DNA from: Desulfobacterales bacterium
Lineage (GTDB): Bacteria; Desulfobacterota; Desulfobacteria; Desulfobacterales; UBA5852
Length of the DNA: 64,000 nucleotides
Direction of reading: 5' to 3'
NCBI GenBank assembly: GCA_963674755.2
Contig: CAXXVS010000001.1
Span: 608,001 to 672,000, forward strand
Position 1 is the first letter of the stretch; every line of letters begins with the position of its first letter. Under the pieces are notes generated by a model, which saw nothing but the letters and a program-made list of their open reading frames with translations, made no database searches and was not told the origin of the DNA. The position numbers were made by a program, and so were the translations under genes. Below are positions 48,129-58,601 of the stretch, one piece after another.

Positions 48129-49757
48129 ATGTTTTGCTACCAGTGCGAACAGACTGCCCAAGGCACCGCCTGCACCGTGCAGGGGGTTTGCGGCAAGAGC
48201 CCGGAGGTGGCGGCCCTGCAGGATCTGCTGCTCTATGCCCTGATGGGCTTGTCCCAGGTGGCGGTGGAGGGGCGCAAGTTCGGTGTTACCGACCGGGATG
48301 TCAACATCTTTACCGTCAAAGCCTGTTTTTCCACCTTGACCAATGTGGACTTCGATCCCGAACGTTTTATCCGTCTGATTCACGAAGCGGCCGCCCAACG
48401 GGAAGTCCTCAACGACAAGGTCGCCGCGGCCGGCGGCAAGGCCGACTTCCCGGATGGCCCGGCCCATTTGGCGCCCCAATCATCGCTGGAAGGGCTCGTG
48501 CAGCAGGCCCAGACCGTGGGCCTCAAATCCTACCCGGCCGCCAATCCCGATATCCTCGCCCTCAAACACACCACGCTCTTCGGTCTCAAGGGCGTCTGTG
48601 CCTACGCGGACCACGCCCAGATCCTGGGCCGGGAGGACGAGGCGGTCTATGCCTATGTCCATGAGGCCCTGGCGGCCATCCAAAGCGACAACATGGGCCT
48701 CCAGGACTGGCTCGCCATGACGCTCAAGTGTGGCGAAACCGCCCTGCGGGCCATGGAACTGCTCGACGCCGGCAACACCGGGACCTATGGGCATCCCGTC
48801 CCCACCATGGTGCCCCTGGGGCACAAGGCGGGCAAGGCCATCCTGGTCTCGGGCCACGATTTGAAGGATCTCGAAGAATTGCTCAAGCAGACCGCCGGCA
48901 AGGGGATCACCATTTACACGCACGGCGAAATGCTGCCCACCCACGGCTACCCCGCGCTCAAGGCCTACCCCCACTTCTACGGCCACTACGGATCGGCCTG
49001 GCAGAACCAGATCAAGGAATTCCCCAACTTTCCCGGGGCCATCCTGATGACCACCAACTGCATCCAAAGACCGGCCAAGGCCTACAAGGAAAATATCTTC
49101 ACCACCGGGCTGGTGGGCTGGCCCGGCGTACCGCACATTCCGGATCATGACTTCCAGCCGGTGATCGACAAGGCCCTGGCCATGCCCGGCTTCCCGGAGG
49201 ACAGCAACGGACGCAAGGTGATGACCGGATTTGCCCGCAACGCCGTCCTGGAGGTGGCCGGGCAGGTCATCGAGGCCGTCAAGTCCGGCGCTGTACGGCA
49301 CTTCTTCCTGGTGGCCGGCTGCGACGGCGCCAAACCGGGCCGCAACTACTATACCCGCTTCGTGGAGCAGGTCCCCAAGGACTGCATCGTGCTGACCCTG
49401 GCCTGCGGGAAATTCCGCTTCTTCGACCAGGACCTGGGCGACATCGGCGGCATCCCCCGCCTGCTGGACGTGGGCCAGTGCAACGACGCCTATTCGGCCG
49501 TGCAGATCGCCGTCGCGTTGTCCAAAGCCTTCAATGTCGGCGTCAACGAGCTGCCCCTGTCGCTGGTGCTCTCCTGGTACGAGCAAAAGGCGGTCTGCGT
49601 CCTGCTGGCGCTGCTGCACCTGGGCATCAAAGACATCCGGCTGGGGCCTTCCCTGCCGGCCTTTATCACACCCAAGGTGCTCGATGTCCTGGTGCAAAAC
49701 TATGGCATCAAACCCATCGGCACGCCGGAGGAGGATTTGAAGGCGATCCTGGGGTGA
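48129..49757 (+). CDS. hcp: Hybrid cluster protein (hydroxylamine reductase)
   Basis: MFCYQCEQT..CTVQGVCGK, THGEMLP, MTTNC, GCDG, TLACGK, GQCND, SWYEQKA. Confidence 0.97.
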   Translation: MFCYQCEQTAQGTACTVQGVCGKSPEVAALQDLLLYALMGLSQVAVEGRKFGVTDRDVNIFTVKACFSTLTNVDFDPERFIRLIHEAAAQREVLNDKVAAAGGKADFPDGPAHLAPQSSLEGLVQQAQTVGLKSYPAANPDILALKHTTLFGLKGVCAYADHAQILGREDEAVYAYVHEALAAIQSDNMGLQDWLAMTLKCGETALRAMELLDAGNTGTYGHPVPTMVPLGHKAGKAILVSGHDLKDLEELLKQTAGKGITIYTHGEMLPTHGYPALKAYPHFYGHYGSAWQNQIKEFPNFPGAILMTTNCIQRPAKAYKENIFTTGLVGWPGVPHIPDHDFQPVIDKALAMPGFPEDSNGRKVMTGFARNAVLEVAGQVIEAVKSGAVRHFFLVAGCDGAKPGRNYYTRFVEQVPKDCIVLTLACGKFRFFDQDLGDIGGIPRLLDVGQCNDAYSAVQIAVALSKAFNVGVNELPLSLVLSWYEQKAVCVLLALLHLGIKDIRLGPSLPAFITPKVLDVLVQNYGIKPIGTPEEDLKAILG

Positions 49758-49852
49758 TGCTGGATGCTTGATACCGGATGCCTATATCGAAATCGGGACG
49801 GGATCGTAGCTTCTTCCGTCATTCTCCGGCCTGGTCGGAGAATCCAGTCCAT

Positions 49853-49892
49853 AAAAGGGCCAATCGCCAGAAACTGGGGTTGGCCCTTTTTT
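49853..49892. terminator. Intrinsic terminator after hcp
   Basis: AAAAGGGCCAA..CCAG-AAA-CTGG..TTGGCCCTTTTTT. Confidence 0.75.
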
Positions 49893-50128
49893 CGTGGTGG
49901 ATTAGCGACCCGTGGCAACGGCTACTACAAGGACGGACAGGGATTAGTTAAAACGATGTGGAAGATCAGCATGCCATCCAAAGTACCTTTAAATAGCAGG
50001 TATCGCAATGTTGAAGGGTTTATAGTTTAGCTGAAGATATATAATGTTTATAGAGGTTTTTTTAAACTGGTAATAGCTTTTTGGTTTCACAATTGGTTAC
50101 CTTCATCATTTCTACACTATTGAGTTAA

Positions 50129-51442
50129 TCAAATACTATAAAATGACCGATCAAAATCGGGTGGGTCGTAAGAAAACACCTTAGGGAATGTTTCTTCATA
50201 AATACCAATTTTTTCCGCAACCCCTCTCAACATCCTAATAGTAAGAAGCCTTTTGCTTTGAAATTTCCCTAATGAGCTATTATACACTTTAATTATACCA
50301 TCACCAACTTTAACCGGGCAGCCACTTAATTTGATGGCCTTTTCACAATCCGGATTGTTTCTAATTGAACAATCACCTATCAAAATAACTTTTTGGGACT
50401 CTTTATGGGGATGAACTTTATCGCCCATCACAAATTCAATACCATTAAACGATGATCCCTTATTGTCTTTTGTAAAGATACCAAAAAATGCATCTGCAAA
50501 AAGTGAACAATTAGTGCAGAGCGTTTTACCTGGCCATTGAAATGTTACCCCTTTTATATCGTAATCTGCCAGAATTTGTTCTGCTTCCATCATCCGCCAC
50601 TCAAGGGGAAATCTAACTTCATCGATACTTTCCCCTTTTGTCTCTATGTCTTCAAAGTCGGGAAATTGTCCGACTAATTTTCCATATCTGTATAAGTACT
50701 CTACTATATGTGGATCAATACCCAAGCAGGCTGTACCTACAATGTCAGCTAAAAAAGCGTCCTGACTTGCTATGATTAAATTGGTTCGATACGCACGCCC
50801 GGATGTTGTAGGACCTCTTTCAAGAGAGTAAATGCCATCAATTATATTTAATTTTGGTTTTAGGACATTATTTAAACAGGCAATCATTTCATCCAAATCA
50901 GTTTTATGAAATTTCATCTTCGAGCTCTGTTTTAAACAACCTTTCAGATTTTTAAGGCTCATTGAAACGGTAGTTTGAACATGAGTTTTCAAAACAGGGA
51001 CATTAATCATAAAATCGCTTTCAAGAGATTCGCGGGCAAGATTTACTTTGGTTGGTCCTAGATCGATGAGCTTGAATTCGCCTTTGTTGAAATCCACGAG
51101 TTTAACTCCATATTTTTTTGCTAATTCAGTAATACCTGTACATTTAAAACCATTCGTGGTGTTTAAATTTAATTCTTTATGATATGGGGCTCCCTCACCG
51201 ATGGTAATATCATTGCAACCATACTCGCGTAAAAGAATAACGATGTCTTCTATAACCTTGGTGGTGGTTACCACTCCGTATAAAGGTATCTTTTTCCTAC
51301 GTGAGGCAAACACAATATTCGGCTTAATTAGTACTTTATCGTTCATTTTTAATCCATTAAATCCATTACACAATTCTACAGCATGTTTTACGGTTTCATG
51401 ATTCTTTCGATATCTTACAATAGAAACAGGTCGGTTGTTCAT
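50129..51442 (-). CDS. DUF362 family Fe-S protein
   Basis: VLIKPN, IGEG, INVPVLKTH, SLKNLKG, IIDG..GP; C-terminal CTNC, IGDC, GCP; AT-rich. Confidence 0.88.
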   Translation of the reverse strand: MNNRPVSIVRYRKNHETVKHAVELCNGFNGLKMNDKVLIKPNIVFASRRKKIPLYGVVTTTKVIEDIVILLREYGCNDITIGEGAPYHKELNLNTTNGFKCTGITELAKKYGVKLVDFNKGEFKLIDLGPTKVNLARESLESDFMINVPVLKTHVQTTVSMSLKNLKGCLKQSSKMKFHKTDLDEMIACLNNVLKPKLNIIDGIYSLERGPTTSGRAYRTNLIIASQDAFLADIVGTACLGIDPHIVEYLYRYGKLVGQFPDFEDIETKGESIDEVRFPLEWRMMEAEQILADYDIKGVTFQWPGKTLCTNCSLFADAFFGIFTKDNKGSSFNGIEFVMGDKVHPHKESQKVILIGDCSIRNNPDCEKAIKLSGCPVKVGDGIIKVYNSSLGKFQSKRLLTIRMLRGVAEKIGIYEETFPKVFSYDPPDFDRSFYSI

Positions 51443-52166
51443 TTTACTTCTCCCTGAGTTAAATTCTAATGAGGGTAAAAAGCAGTCAAGCCGATATTGT
51501 CATATTGTTCTAATCCTACAAACCCTCCTATATTGACCTATATATTCATTTAGAGAAATTGTTGGCACATGGAGTCGCTATCATAAATGGAGATAGATCG
51601 GATTGGAAAGAAGTCGAGGAGGATATTTGGCGGAATGACATCAGGTAAGAGAAAACTTCGGTCATCGCTATAGAGCAGGAGCAAGAACCGAGAGCTACGG
51701 CAGGATTTTGAAACCTAACTTCATATAATAAAGGCCATTTAGATTTGTCAAGGTTTTCTTGTAGTTATGTTAGCAGCTACAAAAGGCGCAAACCTTTGAT
51801 TAAGTGATAATCAATGAAAAATCACAATCAAACCGAGGCGTTTGATTTTCCAGATTACGTGCCACTGGACCAACCGCCTGAGGCTGAGGCTAGCGTCCAG
51901 ATAGGCATTTGATACCAAAGGGGCATCATGCAGGACGAATCCGATCCAGGGCTATCACCTGATCATACTTGGATTAGGATCGGCTACAATAAAAATTTCG
52001 CGGCTTGATTAGTGCGGGACAATAACAGCTTACACAATTCTACGAGTTTTATGGGCTAGCCGGAGGTATCTGCAACACAAGCATCTGTGAAGTCACGCGG
52101 CTCACGGGAACACAATCCCCAGCACGCCCTTGTCCGCCAAAATCTTAAATGACTTAACTATACCAA

Positions 52167-52286
52167 TTAGTTATTCTTATCTGGTTTTTTCATTAGATCT
52201 TTTATTCGGAGCTTAAGACCAAAAGCGTATACGATTATAGCAAAAATCCCAAAACCTAACCCTACGCAAAGAGCAAAGATTTTCAT
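52167..52286 (-). CDS. Putative 39-aa single-TM peptide
   Basis: GGAGA RBS then MKIFALCVGLGFGIFAIIVYAFGLKLRIKDLMKKPDKNN; below the ORF-track cutoff. Confidence 0.35.
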   Translation of the reverse strand: MKIFALCVGLGFGIFAIIVYAFGLKLRIKDLMKKPDKNN

Positions 52287-52550
52287 GGTTATAGATCTCC
52301 ATATTTTTGGTTATACGCAAGGAGATGAACAAAGTCCCATCAAAAACCAACCAGCCAAAACCAGCATTTACACGATCATACCTTTCGGCATGTAATTTTG
52401 AACGGTTCGGCCCGCCCCACTGATTGGGAGAGCCCGCACAAAGTAATATATTGAATAGGCTGGCGACGAGGTGGAGTTGTATGACTTAATCAGAAGCAGG
52501 GCTTTTTACGTCTGCTGTATTTAAGGGTTAGGCGACCAATTAAGTCCCTA

Positions 52551-52975
52551 TCAACGCCTATTGAATTTCTTCCAGGACGGAATCTGAAAAATGCAATCAT
52601 CCGCCTCCTGTTCCATTCTCAAAAAGAGTGGCAAAGGTAGGGTGAGTGTCAAAATATCATCCCGGAAACGTTGACGCATAACGCCTCTGCCTTCGGCCCC
52701 CAACATACCCAGCACAGCTCGAGGTGCTTCCGATTCAGCCTCGGCATAAGCAAAAGCGGCCATACTGTTACAACATGCACCCTGGGGTACTCTGACTGAG
52801 TCCGTTCCTTGCATAATGGATCCTGCAAGCGTCACAAGACCTGAAAGCTCAACCGGGTTAACCGGGAAAATAACGGCGCGGATGTTCTCGCCGGCATCAG
52901 TGTGTCTGAGAGGCCTGAACAGGACATACGCGCAAGGGATGTCATACTTCTGTAAGAGCTTTGCATACATCCGGC
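52551..52975 (-). pseudogene. 5'-truncated DUF169-like gene
   Basis: YVLFRPL..VIFPVNPVELSGL..P.GACC..RAVLG..R..LT is a C-terminal half; the upstream frame overlaps the acyltransferase. Confidence 0.55.
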
Positions 52976-54244
52976 CTAAATAACCTTCGCTACCGTTGGT
53001 ATGCGCCGAAGGGCGGCAACCGATGCCCAACTGAGTATCAATGTGCCTATGAACACGACGATTCCCTTCACGCCGGGGGCAAGGGCGCTGCCCAACAACA
53101 AGTACTGAAGCCACGTAATAAAAACGTAGTGAACAATATAGATCCCGTATGCGTTTTCACTCAGGCTGTCGAAAAGACGTACACGTCGTTTCGCAAACCG
53201 AAGAAAGAGTCCTATCAGTCCTGAAACCATCGCCCAGCCGCAGACCACGAACGCAATCTCACTGACGACGGTTCGCTCCACAGGCGTAACAGCCACGACC
53301 ATGATGACAAACACCGTATAAGACATCAGCCCAACGGCTACCCACCCCCACCAACGTTTTGCGAGCAGTTCGCCAGTTCGATAGATACTGCGGTCAATGC
53401 CGATGCCACCGACCGCAGTGCCCGTAAGGAAGTACACCAGGTAGAGCAATATCCGGCCCGCCTGTGCATTAAAAGGTCCGATTCCAATCCACTTCAGAGG
53501 TCCGAAAAAAATGGCGACAGGTGGGTACACAATGATTGAGAGTCCAAGCAGTACGCCCAAAAACGCCACAGGGCGGGCAAGGATGATACGCAATTGATCT
53601 CTGACCAAACCGCCAAGGAGCAGCGCTACGCGGTACAGGAAGATCGCCAGGCAATTGAAAGCCAGCAGCAGCCACAAGAACCAGAGGGGGCCGGCAGTCC
53701 CGAAGCCGGATCGGACCATTCCAAGCCAGAATACGCCATAACGAATGCCCTTTCCGGTAACCAGCCCCACTTCGAGCTGCGCCGGGTAGTATGCCAGCGG
53801 AATCAGGAAAAAAACACCAATGACGAAGGGAAGGCCGAGCCTTTTCAGGCGATCCTTAACGTATTGGCCGGCACCCTTGTTTGCCAAACTCTGCCAGACA
53901 AACATCCCGGAGATAAAAAACAACAATGGCATTGAAAACGTTTCGTTGAACGCCACAATCGCATCGAACCCGATCCAGCGCTGCTCGTTTACGACCGGAT
54001 TGGAGCTCGCGATCGGATTCTCAAAATTAATGAAAGCAGCTGTGGTGTAGGCGAGAGCCGCATGAACGAACAGCACGAGGGTAATGGCAAATGCCCGTAA
54101 ATAGTCGAATGCTACCTTCCGCCCGGATCCTTCCGTCAAATCGGGTGTCGCACTTTCGCCAGCTTGCTTGTCTACAACCGAACGAATCGTCCTAACGGCA
54201 GCTCTCCCAAAAACGTCTATCCGGCAGCGTTTGAAGCGAATCAC
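52976..54244 (-). CDS. Acyltransferase family 3 (OpgC-like) membrane protein
   Basis: DYLRA..VLFVH, FSMPLLFFISG, RLKRLGLP, LWFL, YGIYIVH; start uncertain. Confidence 0.9.
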   Translation of the reverse strand: MIRFKRCRIDVFGRAAVRTIRSVVDKQAGESATPDLTEGSGRKVAFDYLRAFAITLVLFVHAALAYTTAAFINFENPIASSNPVVNEQRWIGFDAIVAFNETFSMPLLFFISGMFVWQSLANKGAGQYVKDRLKRLGLPFVIGVFFLIPLAYYPAQLEVGLVTGKGIRYGVFWLGMVRSGFGTAGPLWFLWLLLAFNCLAIFLYRVALLLGGLVRDQLRIILARPVAFLGVLLGLSIIVYPPVAIFFGPLKWIGIGPFNAQAGRILLYLVYFLTGTAVGGIGIDRSIYRTGELLAKRWWGWVAVGLMSYTVFVIMVVAVTPVERTVVSEIAFVVCGWAMVSGLIGLFLRFAKRRVRLFDSLSENAYGIYIVHYVFITWLQYLLLGSALAPGVKGIVVFIGTLILSWASVAALRRIPTVAKVI

Positions 54245-54349
54245 CCGATTGTGTCATAATTTATTTCAATCCGCTACAATACATGATGTTTCACCTATGC
54301 AATTTGAGATAGGCTACCAATGCGCTGTTATATAAATTTACACATACCA

Positions 54350-55183
54350 TCAGAGTTGTACATGAATCATGTTGTATAAACGAAAGAGCGCTACGATTGT
54401 AATTTGCAGGATTTCCTTTTTACTAAAATCATTCCTGGCAGGTACTCTCGAAAGCATAGGATATTCCTCAACGACTTTGATTGTATCAACCCACTTTCGA
54501 AGATCCGAAGCTCTTTTCAGATGCCACTTAACCAGTGTTGATGCGTCAAATCCGCTATTGTTAATTATTTTCCTGTTAGTCCCCCAGGCAACGAGCCGTG
54601 ACATGGCATCAAAGATAACGTGGGATGAAGGAAAAGTTTCGGCAAGCTTACGGAACAGGATTTCTACCTCCCGGGCTTCGAAATAGCATAGTACGCCAGC
54701 CGCCATGAACAAAATAGGACGGCCTTTCGTCCGTCGGGATATGACATCAATCCAGGTGAAATCAAAAACGGATTTGGCAATTGTTATTTCTCGTTCTGAA
54801 TCAGGAATGAGCCTCTGCCGCAAAGCAGCGACATCCGGAAGATCGATATTGACCCATAGAACGGTTCCCTGGTCAACCCGCTGAAACGTAGTGTCTAAAC
54901 CCGCTCCAATATTTACGACCACAGCTTTACGTGAATTCTTGAGAAATGCGGCAATGATGTTGTCGAAGTTATATGCGCGGATTGCCCATACACCCTGATG
55001 ATCTGCCGCCGGCCCATCCTCGATCCGCGAGAAATCATAATCGATACTTTCGACTATCTTCTTGGCATAGGTGTCACATACGACAGGATTGTCCTTTTCT
55101 GTCTCCCGAGCTCTTGCCCATAGAGGCAGTATCAAAGTCTCCTGGATTGCACCAAGATCGATCTTAATAACCGGTTTATCCAT
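54350..55183 (-). CDS. SAM-dependent O-methyltransferase (LCM/TcmP-like)
   Basis: ETLILPLWARA, VNIGAGLDT, IDLPDV, GVLCYF. Confidence 0.9.
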   Translation of the reverse strand: MDKPVIKIDLGAIQETLILPLWARARETEKDNPVVCDTYAKKIVESIDYDFSRIEDGPAADHQGVWAIRAYNFDNIIAAFLKNSRKAVVVNIGAGLDTTFQRVDQGTVLWVNIDLPDVAALRQRLIPDSEREITIAKSVFDFTWIDVISRRTKGRPILFMAAGVLCYFEAREVEILFRKLAETFPSSHVIFDAMSRLVAWGTNRKIINNSGFDASTLVKWHLKRASDLRKWVDTIKVVEEYPMLSRVPARNDFSKKEILQITIVALFRLYNMIHVQL

Positions 55184-55194
55184 ATTACCCTGGA

Positions 55195-56145
55195 TTAATT
55201 CCTTAGAAACGCCCCAATGATTTTAGTTGCCAGCTCCGGTTGGTCTTCCGGAACGAAGTGGCCGCAATTGGGGATTCTCTCCATTTGGGACCCCATGATA
55301 TCATTATGGATACGGTCCCCAAGGGAGAGAGGAAGATAGGTATCGTTTTCCCCCCACAAAATGAGCGTGGGCTTTTCAATTGTATTGAGATTCTTCTCGA
55401 TGAATTCCAGATCTTTCATGTAATCGATGCGAAGCGTTCCGAGCATGGACCTGTTTAGTTTGTCAGGATTTCCATCCGGCATGTAGTATCGCTGGACAAG
55501 CCCCTCTGTGATCCGGGATTTATTCATTACGCCCTTTTCCAAACCAGATCGGGCCACCGATTTTCCCCCTATCCACATGAATATTTCCCCAATGGGCCGG
55601 ATCTTGGCCACCTTCATGGAAAGGGGCCACGGCGGGAGATCCCTGTGGAGAAACGTGTCGAGGATGATCAGCCGTTCGTATTTGTCCGGATGCCGCAGGG
55701 CATAGGTGAGAGCAATTGGACCTCCCCAATCGTGGCAGACCAGTGTCGCCTGTTCAATGGAGAGGGCTTCCAGAAAGCGCTCAAGAACGCGGGCGAAGTT
55801 TGAAATCCTGTAATCGCCATCACGCGGAGGATCTGAAAAGCCGAATCCGGGCAGGTCCAGGGCGATCACTCGCCCATGAGCGGAGAGTGCCTCGATCATG
55901 TCTCGCCAGAGAAAAGAGGACGTCGGGATCCCATGGACAAGCACTATGGCGCTCCCTTGCCCCTTCTCCATATAACTGATGTTGATCCCTTCCACAGAGA
56001 CCTGTTTCATAGGATACCTTTCAGATGCAGGATGGGCTGCCTGTTGTGGGCTGCATCCTGCAACCAGCAGAAATATAAGGGCAAAATTTAATCCCAGTAC
56101 ACCCAAATCTGTTCCCGATAATAACTTTGTAAATATATATTTCAT
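55195..56145 (-). CDS. Alpha/beta hydrolase (haloalkane dehalogenase / epoxide hydrolase type), probable lipoprotein
   Basis: LVAGC lipobox, HGIPTSS, DLPGFGFS, HDWGG, WGEND, GHF. Confidence 0.9.
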   Translation of the reverse strand: MKYIFTKLLSGTDLGVLGLNFALIFLLVAGCSPQQAAHPASERYPMKQVSVEGINISYMEKGQGSAIVLVHGIPTSSFLWRDMIEALSAHGRVIALDLPGFGFSDPPRDGDYRISNFARVLERFLEALSIEQATLVCHDWGGPIALTYALRHPDKYERLIILDTFLHRDLPPWPLSMKVAKIRPIGEIFMWIGGKSVARSGLEKGVMNKSRITEGLVQRYYMPDGNPDKLNRSMLGTLRIDYMKDLEFIEKNLNTIEKPTLILWGENDTYLPLSLGDRIHNDIMGSQMERIPNCGHFVPEDQPELATKIIGAFLRN

Positions 56146-56158
56146 AACGCCCCCCTCT

Positions 56159-57010
56159 CTAATGAAGTCCTTCGAAGAGTCTGACCCGTCCGGATCGCAC
56201 CAATTCCCTAAGACTTTCTAGGCATGCTTCGGGAGCAGCATAATCAGGGTGGTTTTTAAAGAGTGCCGCCACGCGTTGAAGGGCATCCAGCTCTTCAAGA
56301 TGCTCTATCGAAAGCCTGTCTCCTTCATCACGGCGGCGATGTCCTGCAAAAGCCAGGTTTTGTGGATCGATCACATGGGTTTGGATGGCAAAAGGTGCTG
56401 CATGTTTACAATGGCAGGGGTTTTCCACCTTCACGGCGCCGCAATTCTTGAGCATGAAAGTCCGAATGCGATCGCGTGCCCGTGAAAGTCTTTTGCGATA
56501 AGCTGCCGGTGAAATGTCCAGAATATAGGCCCCTTGCTGACTGATAACATCAAAAATTTCACTCAAGATGAAGGTGATTCGATGGGGACGGTCCAGACAA
56601 AGCAGCATGCCATGGGTACAGCTGAGCATCACTTCTTTCACAATCAGGCTTCGTTCGGCCTCGGGAACAGATTCAGGCCACTCGGAGGCAAGCTCGATCT
56701 CGAGTTGGGCCTCGTATTCCTCAAAAGAAACGACCTGATTCTCAGCCAGGCGCTTGCGGGTGGTCAGAAGATGATTCGCCGCAATACGGTACACCCAGGT
56801 GGTAAACGCGCTCTCTTGTCTGAAGCTGTCGAGGTGCGTAACAACCTTTATCAGAATCTCCTGTGCGGCATCTTCCGCGTCAGACGGGTACCCGAGCATC
56901 CGAAGCGCCAACCCGTAAATTCGATCCTGGATCCCCAGGACCAGGGATTCCAGCGCTTCCCTGCTACCCTCTTTTGCCTGCTGAACCAGATCTTCAAGTG
57001 TGGCTTTCAT
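56159..57010 (-). CDS. ECF sigma factor with Cys-containing C-terminal extension
   Basis: DAEDAAQE, FTTWVYRIAAN, region 4 RKRLSRAR, then NCG..NPCHC; ATG 57010 behind GGAGG. Confidence 0.92.
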   Translation of the reverse strand: MKATLEDLVQQAKEGSREALESLVLGIQDRIYGLALRMLGYPSDAEDAAQEILIKVVTHLDSFRQESAFTTWVYRIAANHLLTTRKRLAENQVVSFEEYEAQLEIELASEWPESVPEAERSLIVKEVMLSCTHGMLLCLDRPHRITFILSEIFDVISQQGAYILDISPAAYRKRLSRARDRIRTFMLKNCGAVKVENPCHCKHAAPFAIQTHVIDPQNLAFAGHRRRDEGDRLSIEHLEELDALQRVAALFKNHPDYAAPEACLESLRELVRSGRVRLFEGLH

Positions 57011-57201
57011 GGTTGAACCTCCCATTTTTCCGGATCTAATATTTTGGACTGTAATCAGCCAAGGAGTGTGACCGGAAAATTCAAAGATCTGCCGCTTGAG
57101 ATCAGAAAGTGATACAAGATCTCGTGATAGCTTCCCACCGAACGAACCCTCAAAGCCCTTAATCCTTCCTATGTGTCTGATCGATATCCAATGAAAGTCT
57201 T

Positions 57202-57954
57202 TCATTTGCCTCCTGGAGGGTGAAGGCGGTCCAAAAACGATACTGTTCTTGACCATGCATCGGCGGCGTCTTGGGGGCGGTAAGTGAATAGCGGGACATT
57301 TATGTTAAGATTGAAACAGTGCCCGGCATCTGGATACTCAATTAACTCAAATGGTACTGTTTTCGGAGCCTCGGCCAACTCTCGCATAGACGCGATCAAA
57401 CAGCAGTTCTCGTAGTGGTCCTGCCCGCCGGCGAGCAACAGGACAGGTGTCTGAAGTCCTGCCGCAAAGGTCCCCATGTCCCATCCCGTCGTCGTAATAG
57501 CAGGATAATAGGCTACCACGGCAGACACTTGATCCTTCAAGTTGGCACCGTATCTCAGCACTCCCGCGCCACCGATTGAAAATCCGACCAGGGCGACTTT
57601 CCCGGGAATGGCTTGAGGTGATAACTTCGAATCAGCGATAACGGTCTGCATGTTTTCAGCACCAGGCACAATAAGACCTATACGACCAGGGTCGATTAAA
57701 TCCTTCCCATCCAGTAGCACCGTATAGTAGCCAAGTTTCGCGAGTTTTGAACTGAAGCCACGATAAAAACCCGTGCCCGAATAGCCCGAGGCGACAATGA
57801 CAATGGCGCCTTTACCACCGACAGGAGGAAAGATTTCGCATTGCGGACCTTGTGATTCAGATGAGCACTCTACGAAGATCGCTAGGCCAAAAAAAGCGGA
57901 GAGCACATATAATAACAGACCGCGTGAGGAAATCCTGCGATTTGAATAATGCAA
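57202..57954 (-). CDS. Dienelactone-hydrolase-family protein with signal anchor
   Basis: VGFSIGG, VAYYP, GGQD, YPDAGHCF, AW; probable TTG start at 57954 behind GGAGG. Confidence 0.8.
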   Translation of the reverse strand: MHYSNRRISSRGLLLYVLSAFFGLAIFVECSSESQGPQCEIFPPVGGKGAIVIVASGYSGTGFYRGFSSKLAKLGYYTVLLDGKDLIDPGRIGLIVPGAENMQTVIADSKLSPQAIPGKVALVGFSIGGAGVLRYGANLKDQVSAVVAYYPAITTTGWDMGTFAAGLQTPVLLLAGGQDHYENCCLIASMRELAEAPKTVPFELIEYPDAGHCFNLNINVPLFTYRPQDAADAWSRTVSFLDRLHPPGGK

Positions 57955-58601
57955 GCGCCTATTGCCTCCATTTTTGTCAGTAAGGATTAGGAATGATGTT
58001 GTCTTCCGGTGAATCGACAATTCGCTCGTGATATTGCCGGGCAAGGTCATTGACGGCGGAATGGCAGGCTTTGAAGGTGTGGACGGTGGCCTCCTCAATG
58101 TCACGCCAGAGTCGGCAGTTGCCCTTGACGTCTGCGATGGGAATACCCACAAGCTTACGCTTGGCCGAAGAGAATCGTAACTTTCATCATGATGAGCTTC
58201 TCCTTTCTTTGAGGGAAATGACGTTGGAAAAGAGGTGTCGTTGATTTAGTAGAAGGGGAGCAGATCAGAAAAAACTTCGGTTATCGGTGGAGAGAAGGAG
58301 CAAAAATAGGAAGTTGTGTGACAGGCACGTGGACTTTTTTTGGGTACCAAAATCAATTCAAATTGTCAAGATTTTCTTGGCGTTAGGCTTAGGCTGGATA
58401 GGCCCAAAAAGAATTGGCTGTGATTGATTTTATAGAGCGTTTACAACGCCTAAATATGACAGATAGCCGACTGCTCCGAAAAACAGATCAGATTACTATT
58501 GCAAATATCGCCTTCAATGAGGTATTTTTCTTTCAGGAGTAAATGTTAAAAATATCGGTCTAAATTTTTATATAATATCAAACGGATAGGTAAATGATTA
58601 G

